Shown: positions 8,312-17,588 of the stretch, piece after piece
How positions within the stretch are numbered: position 1 is the stretch's first letter
How the letters are laid out: each line of letters opens with the position of its first letter
Source: Candidatus Tenderia sp.
GTDB taxonomy: Bacteria > Pseudomonadota > Gammaproteobacteria > Tenderiales > Tenderiaceae
Reading direction: 5' to 3'
Length of the DNA: 54,557 bases
Assembly (NCBI GenBank): GCA_030148045.1
Contig: JASBUE010000068.1
Span: 1 to 54,557 of the forward strand
Notes under the pieces: generated by a model
Told to the model about the DNA's origin: nothing
The model's input: only the letters and a program-made list of their open reading frames with translations
Databases searched by the model: none
Position numbers and translations under genes: made by a program

Positions 8312-10318
8312 ATGCCTGTTGTGCGTGGGCATGGCTTAACGTGGCTGGTGAATACACTCCTGCTATTTCCGCTTGGGATGGCGGCGGGGTTGGCCAACGG
8401 GGCGGCCGAGCTGGACAAGATAGTGGTTACCGGCACCCGCACGGAAAAGTCCGTGGCGGAGGTGCCGGTACGCACCGAAGTGGTCGATCGCGAAGAGATC
8501 GAAAAGACCCATGCCCGCGATCTCAAGGAGGCGCTGGAGGACGCGCCCGGTCTGCTGCTCAAGCCCAACCGAAAAAGCGGCTTTGTAGCCTGGTTGCAGG
8601 GGCTGGATTCCGACCGGGTGCTGGTGATCATCGACGGTGAACCCATCAGCCCCAGCACCGGCTCCTCGGTCGATCTCAGCCAGATCGGCACGGCCCTTAT
8701 CGAGCGCATCGAGATCGTCAAGGGCGCCACCTCGGCCCTCTATGGCAGCAATGCCATGGGGGGTGTCATCAATGTTATCACCCGCAAGCCGGACCGGCCG
8801 CTGGGCTACCAGTTGAGTCTCGATGGCGGCAGCTATGGCAATAAAAACCTTAGCGGAGATGCTAATGAATTTGCCGCCCGCTCCTTATCGGCCAATCTTG
8901 CGCTCGAGCAGCCCGCTTGGTATGCCCAGTTCAACGCCAGCCTACGCGACAAGGATGGTTATGACCTCGATCCAAGCACCTTCCGTTCGGAAGGTGCGGA
9001 AGGCTCCAAGACCAATCTCGATCTGCGCCTGGCCTGGACGCCTGATGACAGCACTGAAATCTATATTGCGCCGCGCTATTACCGGGACGATATCAACAAC
9101 AATATTTCGAGCTTTGCCCCCGGTACCGGCGAAATCAAACAGAAGAGGAACGAAGACGCTGAACGTTCCGGCGCCACGCTGGGTTTTGAACAGAAACTGG
9201 ACGATGGCGGACGGTTGCGTGGCTGGCTGTTGCAGGAGAACTGGCGTGACGTCACCCAGCAGGACGCCATCGCAACAAAGGAGGTAGAGCAACAACGCAC
9301 GGCGGAAATCGATCTCTATCGCGCCGAGCTGCAATGGGATGAACCGTGGGGGGATAACCAGATCGTCACCTCTGGCCTGTTACTCGGCCAGGAGACACTG
9401 GACCAATACCAGGATCGGGTCGGACAGGCACGCGCCATCGAGGTGGATGCCAAGAAAAAACGCAATATCGAAGCCTATCTGCAGGATGACATTTTCCTTG
9501 GCGAACGGTGGGAAATTGTCCCCGGTATCCGTATCCAGGAGGATAGCGATTTCGGTTTTTACACCGCGCCCAAGATCAACGCCATGTATACCCCGGATTG
9601 GGTCGGCAGCGTCACCACCAATATACGTATGGGTGTTGGCCGCGGCTACCGCGTGCCCAATCTTAAAGAACGCTTTTTTGTCTTCGATCACAGCCAGCTG
9701 GGCTACATGGTATTGGGCAATAACGAGCTTGAGCCTGAGAGTTCCGACAGCTACCAGCTTGGCATTGAATTCATGCGGCCGGATGAATTCCGTGCCGAAG
9801 TCCAGTTGTTTCACAACCGTATCAAAAACCTCATTGATACCAATCTAAACCCCGAGAAATCGGCACAGACGGGGCTACGCATTTTCGACTACCAGAATTT
9901 CGCCCGGGCTATGACTCAGGGGATGGAGGTCAACGGAAACCTCCGGCTGGGACGTTTTGACATGAAGGCCGGTTACACCCTGCTCGACAGCGAAGATCTC
10001 GATACGGGAAAAATGCTCAGGGAGCGTCCTCGCCATCAAATCAAGCTGGGGGTTGATTACGAGCACGAAGCATGGGGCACCCTGCTGAGCCTGCGCGGTG
10101 TTTATCAGAGTGAAGAGTTTATTGACGCCGAGAACGTATTGGAATCGCCCGCCTGGACCACTTGGGACGTAAAACTGACCCAGCGGCTGATCGGGGGCCT
10201 TTCCGTCTTTGCCGGTATCGACAATCTTACCGACGAACACCGCGATCCCAATGTCTTCAGCGATTTCCGTCCCCCGGCGGGCCGCTTCGTCTACCTGGGG
10301 GTGCGTGTTGATGGTTGA
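8312..10318 (+). CDS. TonB-dependent outer-membrane receptor (heme/iron type)
   Basis: Signal peptide, then TonB-box/plug DKIVVTGTRTEKSVAEVPVRTEVV. Plug motifs IEIVKGATSALYGSNAMGGVINVIT. C-terminal barrel ending ...GRFVYLGVRVDG. The ORF opens at 8270; ATG 8312 has an SD. Confidence 0.9.
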   Translation: MPVVRGHGLTWLVNTLLLFPLGMAAGLANGAAELDKIVVTGTRTEKSVAEVPVRTEVVDREEIEKTHARDLKEALEDAPGLLLKPNRKSGFVAWLQGLDSDRVLVIIDGEPISPSTGSSVDLSQIGTALIERIEIVKGATSALYGSNAMGGVINVITRKPDRPLGYQLSLDGGSYGNKNLSGDANEFAARSLSANLALEQPAWYAQFNASLRDKDGYDLDPSTFRSEGAEGSKTNLDLRLAWTPDDSTEIYIAPRYYRDDINNNISSFAPGTGEIKQKRNEDAERSGATLGFEQKLDDGGRLRGWLLQENWRDVTQQDAIATKEVEQQRTAEIDLYRAELQWDEPWGDNQIVTSGLLLGQETLDQYQDRVGQARAIEVDAKKKRNIEAYLQDDIFLGERWEIVPGIRIQEDSDFGFYTAPKINAMYTPDWVGSVTTNIRMGVGRGYRVPNLKERFFVFDHSQLGYMVLGNNELEPESSDSYQLGIEFMRPDEFRAEVQLFHNRIKNLIDTNLNPEKSAQTGLRIFDYQNFARAMTQGMEVNGNLRLGRFDMKAGYTLLDSEDLDTGKMLRERPRHQIKLGVDYEHEAWGTLLSLRGVYQSEEFIDAENVLESPAWTTWDVKLTQRLIGGLSVFAGIDNLTDEHRDPNVFSDFRPPAGRFVYLGVRVDG

Positions 10319-10386
10319 GAGGGTCCCTGTTTTTATTGTTCCGCATAAAGCAGCTTTTTGTTAATTCACTAACGGAGGTTATAGCG

Positions 10387-10620
10387 ATGAAGGTATCCAG
10401 GAAACAAACCGCAATCGCGGTTTCGATAGTAACGATTGGCTCCGCGGCCCTGCTTACCACCGGTGTATACACCGGCCTTTTGTGGGAAGGAGGCCGGGGC
10501 ATGCATCTGATCGACACCTCGGCTAATGGGCGCGAACCGGAGCTTGACAGCGACAACGTGATGCAGGATCCGGGTGGTCTTGGTGTTGAGTATTCCGACA
10601 TTGTCAATATGGGGGGTTAA
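10387..10620 (+). CDS. Hypothetical small membrane-anchored protein
   Basis: SD GGAGG 8 nt upstream of ATG 10387. One TM (IAVSIVTIGSAALLTTGVYTGLL). Sits between the receptor and the HmuY-like gene. Confidence 0.45.
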   Translation: MKVSRKQTAIAVSIVTIGSAALLTTGVYTGLLWEGGRGMHLIDTSANGREPELDSDNVMQDPGGLGVEYSDIVNMGG

Positions 10621-10623
10621 GCC

Positions 10624-11808
10624 ATGAAAACATATGAACAATCATTGGTGTTACCACTTCTCATGATGTCGGTGCTGGGCGCATTGTCCGGATGTGTCGA
10701 CGGCGGCGGCACCGATACGACAAATGCAAGCAAGGAGTCATCATCTAGCGCCGCGGCGTCGGTTCAGATCGATGCCACGGCGGGCGGGCTCGGCGCCGGT
10801 CCCACTGACCCGAAAAACAAATATACCTACTTCAATCTTGACACCGGACAGGTGGTGAATCTGAGCGATGCAGACGCCACTGCCAGCAGTGCCTGGCATA
10901 TTGCCTTCAAGCGCACCAGTATCAAGCTCAACGGTGGCGTCTCGGGGCCGGGTACGGTGGCGGGAGCTGTCGCCGATGCCCAGGATGATTTTTATGATGC
11001 CGCAACCGGTGATCCCAACCCTTCGGTATTTCTCAACGCTACGGCCGGAAGCGAGCTGGCGGCATTCGATGCTGTTACTAGTGCCGCCGGTCTCACCTTC
11101 GCGGAAGACCGCAATGTTCCCTACATTAAAGGCGATGGCAGCAGCGATGGCTGGTGGCTCTACAGCGGCCCGCCCACGTACACCGTTTCCGCCAATCCGG
11201 ACCAATGGTGGCTGGTGAAGTCTGCGGCGGCGGACAGCTACGCCAAATTCCATGTCACCAATATCGTCCAGGCCAGCCGAGACATCACTCTGGAACTCTT
11301 CATTCAGGGGGCGGGGAACAGTGCGTTTTCAACCACGCCGACCACCTGGACGGCCGCCATTGGTGCCGCCGGCGGCAGCAACTGCTTCGATATCGACGCC
11401 GTCGCGGAAGTGGATTGCACCACGGCGGCGACGGATTGGGATATCAAGGTGGAGGTCAGCGCCGACGGGCGAGACTGGAGTATCTGGACCAACGGCGGTG
11501 TTTCCGGCAGTGGCAACGGAGGCGCCTTCGGTCCGATTGATACTGCTACTATCGGCGGTTATGTCAGCGGTACGTCCAGTCCTGCGGGAACCGATATTAC
11601 GAGATTCTATGGACAGGACAGCGCCGGCGGCGTCTTCAAGGACAACACCTGGTACGCCTACAGTCTCCAGGGTAACAACAAGCTGTGGCCCAATTACCGG
11701 GTCTACGCCATCGATACTGGATCGGTGCAATACAAGCTGCAGATCCTCAGTTACTACAATGATGCGGGCACCAGTGGGTGGATCAAGTTCCGCTACGAGA
11801 GCTTGTAG
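10624..11808 (+). CDS. HmuY-like lipoprotein (putative heme-binding)
   Basis: Lipobox LGALSG-C. YFNLDTGQVV...SSAWHIAFKRTSIKLNGGVSGPG and a second ATDWDIKV...WTNGGVSGSG unit resemble the HmuY family WD(I)AF / NGG pattern. Adjacent to the TonB-dependent receptor. Confidence 0.6.
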   Translation: MKTYEQSLVLPLLMMSVLGALSGCVDGGGTDTTNASKESSSSAAASVQIDATAGGLGAGPTDPKNKYTYFNLDTGQVVNLSDADATASSAWHIAFKRTSIKLNGGVSGPGTVAGAVADAQDDFYDAATGDPNPSVFLNATAGSELAAFDAVTSAAGLTFAEDRNVPYIKGDGSSDGWWLYSGPPTYTVSANPDQWWLVKSAAADSYAKFHVTNIVQASRDITLELFIQGAGNSAFSTTPTTWTAAIGAAGGSNCFDIDAVAEVDCTTAATDWDIKVEVSADGRDWSIWTNGGVSGSGNGGAFGPIDTATIGGYVSGTSSPAGTDITRFYGQDSAGGVFKDNTWYAYSLQGNNKLWPNYRVYAIDTGSVQYKLQILSYYNDAGTSGWIKFRYESL

Positions 11809-11924
11809 ACGATCATGTCCCGGCTTCCCATCTCCTCTAAACGGTCTTTTGTCCTCCACCCTCATCAAGCGCGAAGACCGTTACCAACGTGTGGGATGCC
11901 GGGCTTTTTTATTCATAGGTACAG

Positions 11925-12503
11925 ATGGGGAGCGAAAAAATGAATGCCACACAGACCGAAGTGTTGATACACCAGCTCTCAGGGTTATTGCTGCCGCCAG
12001 TGTTGCTGGCGATCACCCTGCTGTTTTTTTACGCCTTTTTAATGCTAAGCAGTATTTTAAATCAATATCTTCAAAGGAGGCGCAATAATCGCCATTACAT
12101 CCAGGCCGTTCGTTCTCTGGCAGGCAAGGGGCCTGCCATGCGTTTACGTCCGGTAAGAGGATACCCGCTGTTCAGCCATTACCAGGAAAATCCGCATAGG
12201 ACGGCGGACGATCTTGAAATATTTGCTCTCAAAGAATTGGAGAGACCACACATCGTCGCCCGTGTGGCGGTGATGGTGGGGCTGGTGGCCACCGTGATTA
12301 CGATAGCTTGGGTACTTGATGGCTTGTCTGATGGTGATTACCGCGGCATGAGTGAAGACCTCATCGTCGCCTTTGCCGCAGTGATCTTCGGGCTTATCAC
12401 TGTCGCCATCACCCTCTGGGTTGCCAACGTCAAAAAGCATTGGTTTGCCGGTGAGTTGAATGATCTTAAAACGTGTTTGACAAGACAGGAGAAGCGAGTA
12501 TGA
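11925..12503 (+). CDS. Membrane protein, divergent MotA/TolQ/ExbB-like
   Basis: N-terminal TM plus C-terminal paired TMs VGLVATVITIAWVLDGL....LIVAFAAVIFGLITVAITLWVAN resemble the ExbB channel core. The stop overlaps the next start (ATGA). Confidence 0.45.
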   Translation: MGSEKMNATQTEVLIHQLSGLLLPPVLLAITLLFFYAFLMLSSILNQYLQRRRNNRHYIQAVRSLAGKGPAMRLRPVRGYPLFSHYQENPHRTADDLEIFALKELERPHIVARVAVMVGLVATVITIAWVLDGLSDGDYRGMSEDLIVAFAAVIFGLITVAITLWVANVKKHWFAGELNDLKTCLTRQEKRV

Positions 12504-14209
12504 CACAGCCGAGAAAACAAGGTTCTACAACAGCCATCCATTTTGGGATCAGACTTTATTTTTTGTCGTTCGTGATGTTTTTCTTTATGCCTCAGAACGG
12601 GGAGGCCGGGCCGTTGAAGACCGGATTCCTGGTCGTGGCGGCCGACCGGGGTTACCTGGGTAATCAGGAGATCAATGCAGTGATGGAGCAGTTCAGGCAG
12701 ACACACCCCGCCAGTCTGGCCCTGATCGGCGAGAACCGTCAGGGGATCGAGGGCGACTATGTGGAATACGTCCAACGGGCGGTGGCTGAGCTGGAGAAAC
12801 AGGGCGTCGATAACATTGTCGCGATACCGATGTTTCTTTCCGGGGCAGATGCCACGCTCGGCCCGTATCAGCAGAAAATTACGGCGCTAAAAGGACGCGC
12901 CCCGATTCAATGGGCGCCGCCCATGGCGGAAAGCTATCTGACCGCCCAGATCCTGCTTGACAGGGTGGAGGCGCTGAGCGCGGATCCGGCACAGGAGCAC
13001 CTGGTGGTGCTGGGGAGTGGTGCAGTTGATGAAGCCAGTGAACAACGTATCAAAAGTGACCTTGAAAAACTGGTGCAGGAGGTGACTGACCGCCACGAGT
13101 TTCGTGAGGTCGCTATCCATGTCTATTACGATCGTGGCGCCCAGGACCAGGATAAAAAAAACGAAGCCATAGATGAGATGATCATCCGCACCGCCGCCAA
13201 GCGCGGTCGTACGCTGCTCGTCCCTTTCGCCATTGGCGTCAAGTTCGATCAACGTATGTCCATGGAAGGCTGGTTGGGCCGCAAGTTCGGCCAGTTCGAC
13301 ATCGCCATGGGCAAATCCATATTTTCTCATCCCGATGTGCTGACCTGGCTGAAACAGACGGCGAACCGTTATTCCGACGCATCAAAGGAGCAGATCGGCG
13401 TGCTGATCATGCCCCACGGTTCCACCCAGCCATACAACGACGGTCTGGAAAAAGTTATCGCGCCCCTGCGCAAACGCTATCGGATAGAAATGGCGCCGGG
13501 CATGGGTGATCCATTGATCCTGGGCCAGGCCGTGCAGAAGCTCGAGCGAGAGGGGATCACACGGATCATTTTTGTCCGCATGTACGCGTTGCGGGATCAC
13601 ATGAAAGCACGTACCGACTATATTCTAGGTATATCAAAACAGCCGCCCGCCGCTCTTCATGGCGATCTCCCGCCCCGTATCCGCAGCAGTGCGATCTTCG
13701 AGACCTTCGGCGGCTACGAGGAAGACCCGCTCATCGCGAATATCCTTCGGGATCGCCTGATGGAGATCAGTAAACGGCCGCAAGACGAAACCGTCATCCT
13801 GCTTGCCCACGGCAAGATGGATGATGAGGAAAATGAGCGCTGGCTTGATGTCATCAACGCCAATATTGAACGCATCAAGCAGGGACTGGATAGACCATTC
13901 AGAGCCATCAAGGCGATGACCCTGCGCGAGGACTGGTCGGACAAGCGAGAACAGGCCCTGGCTCAGATCAGGGAGGAGATTGAACAGGGAAACCGCAATG
14001 GCGGCCGGGTGTTGATTATCTCCAATCGTCTCTACGGCTCGGGCCCCTATCAACGGCTGCTCGAAGGCGCCGAGTTTGAAATGAACGGCCAGGGCCTCGT
14101 GCCTCACCCCAACATCACCCGCTGGCTGGAGAAAGGAATCGAACAGGCGATACGCACGGCAGGTCTGGCAAGTGATCCCGCCGTCTCCGTCGCCGGCAAT
14201 GCGCGATAG
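12500..14209 (+). CDS. Secreted tandem CbiX/CbiK-type (class II) chelatase-like protein
   Basis: Signal-like N-terminus IRLYFLSFVMFFFMPQNGEA. Four CbiX-like alpha/beta half-domains (GFLVVAADRG..IVAIPMFLSG; HLVVLGSGA..; IGVLIMPHGSTQ..RIIFVRMYAL; VILLAHGKMD..VLIISNRLYG). SD CAGGAG precedes ATG 12500. Confidence 0.65.
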   Translation: MTQPRKQGSTTAIHFGIRLYFLSFVMFFFMPQNGEAGPLKTGFLVVAADRGYLGNQEINAVMEQFRQTHPASLALIGENRQGIEGDYVEYVQRAVAELEKQGVDNIVAIPMFLSGADATLGPYQQKITALKGRAPIQWAPPMAESYLTAQILLDRVEALSADPAQEHLVVLGSGAVDEASEQRIKSDLEKLVQEVTDRHEFREVAIHVYYDRGAQDQDKKNEAIDEMIIRTAAKRGRTLLVPFAIGVKFDQRMSMEGWLGRKFGQFDIAMGKSIFSHPDVLTWLKQTANRYSDASKEQIGVLIMPHGSTQPYNDGLEKVIAPLRKRYRIEMAPGMGDPLILGQAVQKLEREGITRIIFVRMYALRDHMKARTDYILGISKQPPAALHGDLPPRIRSSAIFETFGGYEEDPLIANILRDRLMEISKRPQDETVILLAHGKMDDEENERWLDVINANIERIKQGLDRPFRAIKAMTLREDWSDKREQALAQIREEIEQGNRNGGRVLIISNRLYGSGPYQRLLEGAEFEMNGQGLVPHPNITRWLEKGIEQAIRTAGLASDPAVSVAGNAR

Positions 14210-14248
14210 CAGGTTTGGAGTCGATAGTCAGCTACGCTGGAGACTGAG

Positions 14249-14413
14249 ATGACGAAGGAGCGCATAGACGAGCTGGATCGGTTGTCATCCCGCGCCATCA
14301 AGGAGTGCCAGCTTCGCGACAAAGCGGATGACGCCGCGCTGGCGTTCTGGCGCGGCGTCAAGGCGGTGGTGGAGGAGCTGAAGATGGAATTGAAAGGAAA
14401 CCGGAACCAGTAA
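14249..14413 (+). CDS. Hypothetical 54-aa helical protein
   Basis: ATG preceded by GGAG. Sequence MTKERIDELDRLSSRAIKECQLRDKADDAALAFWRGVKAVVEELKMELKGNRNQ. Below the size cutoff of the ORF track; no family recognised. Confidence 0.25.
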   Translation: MTKERIDELDRLSSRAIKECQLRDKADDAALAFWRGVKAVVEELKMELKGNRNQ

Positions 14414-14439
14414 GCAGTCTTGAATGGCAAACCCGCACC

Positions 14440-14583
14440 ATTTTTACAGCGCATGTTGATTCCGATTTGCGCCAGGCGAGCGGCCCTGTCGTCGCGATTC
14501 TGATGGGATTGTCCGTCATCGCACTGGCGATCACCTTCATCAAGCTGTGGCAGCTCGACGCGGTGAAGATTACTTCATGGTAA
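14440..14583 (+). pseudogene. Remnant of a MotA/TolQ/ExbB-family gene (N-terminal TM1 only)
   Basis: The frame reads ...GPVVAILMGLSVIALAITFIKLWQLDAVKITSW-TAA-FVDEALAHRRG.... This looks like ExbB TM1 and the following helix, but the rest of the gene is absent. Confidence 0.35.
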
Positions 14584-14974
14584 TTTGTGGATGAGGCGCT
14601 GGCGCACCGGCGCGGCGCCATAACATGGAGGCCACGTCTCGACAAGCGGCCTGGAGTTTATGCGGGGTTTTTGCGGCGATCGGTTGCATCCCCGTATTGT
14701 GGGGCGGTAATAGGTAAGGGGAGTCCCGGTGATGGTTAATAAAAAACAGTATGTTATGGGGCGATATGCTGGCCACGGAGCAGGCGCCCGCGCGTTCGGA
14801 TAGCGCCGGGCGCGTATATTGTAGAATTTCGATGAAAATTAGAGGATTTTTTAAAGTTCAACCCACGTGCGACGATATATTAATCGTCCCCGGCTAATAT
14901 TGTTTGTTTTTATAGGGGAATGGTTGTTGGGTGCATTGACATGAACGCAAGTCGTAGTTGGGGTTTGATTAATC

Positions 14975-15874
14975 ATGCAATATATGCCGAGCCAGGCAAG
15001 GAAGCAGCAATTCGTCACTGAATTTCGCCGTCGTCTGGAAAATATCCATGAGCTTCCCGCAATGCCCGAAGCGGCGGCGGCATTATTGTCGCTGAGAAAT
15101 AATCCGGATGCCGATATCGATGCCTTGGTCAAGATCATCTCCAGGGACCCCGCCATCAGCGCCCAGGTGCTGCGCTACAGCCGTTTATCCACCTTCGGTT
15201 ACGGTGAGCGTATACAAACCCTGGATGAGGCGATCACGCTGGTGCTCGGCTACGACAAGGCATTGCATTTGGCGTTGGGGTTGGCGGTAGGTGCATGCCT
15301 GAGGATGCAGGCCCAAGGCCCGCTGGGCCGGAATGCATTCTGGCGCCATTCATTTACTTCCGCCATCCTCTGTCAGGCCTTGGCGAAGGCCTTGCCGGCG
15401 GAACAGCGGCCCAGTCCCGGCCTGGCCTACCTGGCCGGCCTGACTCACGACATCGGTTTCATGTTGACCGGGCATCTGTATCCCGATGAATTCGCCATGC
15501 TCAATAAGCTGGTGGAAAGGTACTACGACAAAGAGCCGCGCGAGCTGGAGCTGCTCAGCCTGGGTATCAGCCATGACATGGTCGGTCTCTACCTGATGCG
15601 CGCCTGGAACATGCCGGAGGAGCTCCAGGTGGCGGTAAGCGAACACCACTTTCCCGAATACGGCGGTAGGCACAACATCTATTCCAAGCTGGTCTATCTG
15701 GCCGACCAGCTGCAGCTGCAATTGGAAAATAACGGCTTGGCGGTGGATGAACGTTACTTCGCATCGGTCCAGCAACAGCTGGGGCTGAACGAGGCAGCCA
15801 TTCAGGAGGCCTTGCGTTTTCTGTCTGAGGTCAACGCCGAGATAGGGCACCTCGCCGAGGGGATGGTGGCCTGA
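14975..15874 (+). CDS. HDOD domain signalling protein
   Basis: LPAMPEAAAALLSLRNNPDADIDALVKIISRDPAISAQVLRYSR... and HD-like LTHDIGFML...GISHDMVG motifs. Confidence 0.85.
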   Translation: MQYMPSQARKQQFVTEFRRRLENIHELPAMPEAAAALLSLRNNPDADIDALVKIISRDPAISAQVLRYSRLSTFGYGERIQTLDEAITLVLGYDKALHLALGLAVGACLRMQAQGPLGRNAFWRHSFTSAILCQALAKALPAEQRPSPGLAYLAGLTHDIGFMLTGHLYPDEFAMLNKLVERYYDKEPRELELLSLGISHDMVGLYLMRAWNMPEELQVAVSEHHFPEYGGRHNIYSKLVYLADQLQLQLENNGLAVDERYFASVQQQLGLNEAAIQEALRFLSEVNAEIGHLAEGMVA

Positions 15875-15887
15875 GCGGTCGCCGCAA

Positions 15888-17588
15888 TCAGGGGTAAAGA
15901 GGAGGCAGGGACTGTTTCCGGCCGGCCTCCCGTTGTGGTTGATTAGCCGTCGCCCTTGCCAGTGCCTGCCACAGCGATCCGCCCTGCCAGGCGGTGCTTT
16001 CGGAACCATAGAGGATCCGATTGAGTTTCTCGATTTCCCCTTGTGTTTCATCTCCCAGGCGTTGACCGATCCCGCCCAGGCTGACAGGGGGGTTATCCGG
16101 CCAAAAACCCTCGGCCCACTTGAGCAATGCATCCTTCGCCAGTTGTGGTTCGTTTGCCTGGCAGGCCTTCTTGACCGTGTTTAAAGAGGCTGTTTCCGCT
16201 GGGGTGTGGCTGTGTCTCTGGGGCGGCTGCGTGCGTCGCTGGCTGATAGCCCAGCCAATTGCAGTGGCCAGCCAGGCCAGGCCGAGAAACAGACTTAGCC
16301 AGAGATAGATACCGGCTTGCGTCTTTTCAATAACGGTTGTTTCCGCCCGCGGTTTGGTGGTTTCAGTCTTCGCACCCGGCGCAGCAGAGGAGCTTGGGGA
16401 GGCAGTCGATGCCGGCGCCTGGCGCGCGCTACCTGCCCCCGGTCGGACTTGCACGGTCCGTGCCGGTAGCCTGGTGACTTCCCGCTGCTGGGTATTGATG
16501 TTCCACCAAGGGATCTCGATTTCAGGCAGGATCAGCTCGCCGGTCCGGGTGGGGATCAAAGCGATTTTCTCCTGACGGGTGCCTTTGATGCCCTTGCCGC
16601 CGCGCTTGTCATTGAGACGGGGCTGATCCGGATAGGTCCTGAAACCGTCGCCGTCCTGCATGGTCAGTGGCGGCAGCTGTGCCGCGCCCAGCCCCTCGGC
16701 CTTGAGGGTGAGGGTACGGGTGACCGGTTCGCCGACGACGAACTGGGGCGGCTCCAGTGACCAGCTCTCGGTCAGGCGCACCTCTTCGGCCGGTAGCCAG
16801 GGTTGGTTCCGCATGTTGGCAGGAATGGGTTTGACGTCCAGGTCGATGCTTTTCGATTTCAGTCGCCGGGTGGTGGTGTTCTGGCCGAAGGGATCGAAGA
16901 CACCGGGGCGGGTGGTGACCACCTGGGCGTCGAGAGTGGCCGGATCGATGGTGATGTTACCGCTCTGTTGCGGGAAGAGGGCGTACCTGCGTTCAATGAC
17001 GCGATAGTGGCGGCCGTTGCGTTGTATCTCGAAGGTGGTATCGTCGCCCAGTTGTTGCACCAGCACTTCGGCGCCGCTGAAGCTGGGCTCCGACATGCGG
17101 GCGCCGTTGACGTTGACGGCACGATAGAAGCGGACGGTGTAGAGAATTTGCGACTGCACATAGGCGGTGACGGGTTGGGCCTCCACCTCCAGAAACATGT
17201 CCATGTTCTCGGCGGCGGCGCTGCCGTCGCCGGCCTCTTTGACCGTGACGCTGATCTGCGGGCTGCGGTCCGAACCGATCTGGATCGAGGGTATGGTCAG
17301 CTCGCCGCTGCGCCTGGCCATGACGAACAGGGTCCAGCGGGTTTGCTGGGTGATGTCGCCGCCCTGGATCTGCATGTTGCTGCTGCGGCTGCGACTGAGG
17401 ATGTCGAAATCCTGTTCCAGCGGCGCAAAGTCCGGGCCGGCGCTGACCTTGTCATCCGCCTCGAAGATGATCTTGAAGGATTCATTCAGACGCACCGGGT
17501 CGCGATCCACCTGCGTGGTGATGTTGGCGCCCATGGCGCTGAGCGCCGACAGGTTTAGACACACAAAGACGAAAACTTTCTTCACCAT
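15888..17588 (-). CDS. batD: BatD (oxygen-tolerance operon protein)
   Basis: Signal peptide MVKKVFVFVCLNLSALSAMG, then the typical BatD opening ITTQVDRDPVRLNESFKIIFEAD and a C-terminal TM. ATG 17588 overlaps the batB stop. The ORF track extends to 17693. Confidence 0.85.
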   Translation of the reverse strand: MVKKVFVFVCLNLSALSAMGANITTQVDRDPVRLNESFKIIFEADDKVSAGPDFAPLEQDFDILSRSRSSNMQIQGGDITQQTRWTLFVMARRSGELTIPSIQIGSDRSPQISVTVKEAGDGSAAAENMDMFLEVEAQPVTAYVQSQILYTVRFYRAVNVNGARMSEPSFSGAEVLVQQLGDDTTFEIQRNGRHYRVIERRYALFPQQSGNITIDPATLDAQVVTTRPGVFDPFGQNTTTRRLKSKSIDLDVKPIPANMRNQPWLPAEEVRLTESWSLEPPQFVVGEPVTRTLTLKAEGLGAAQLPPLTMQDGDGFRTYPDQPRLNDKRGGKGIKGTRQEKIALIPTRTGELILPEIEIPWWNINTQQREVTRLPARTVQVRPGAGSARQAPASTASPSSSAAPGAKTETTKPRAETTVIEKTQAGIYLWLSLFLGLAWLATAIGWAISQRRTQPPQRHSHTPAETASLNTVKKACQANEPQLAKDALLKWAEGFWPDNPPVSLGGIGQRLGDETQGEIEKLNRILYGSESTAWQGGSLWQALARATANQPQREAGRKQSLPPLYP

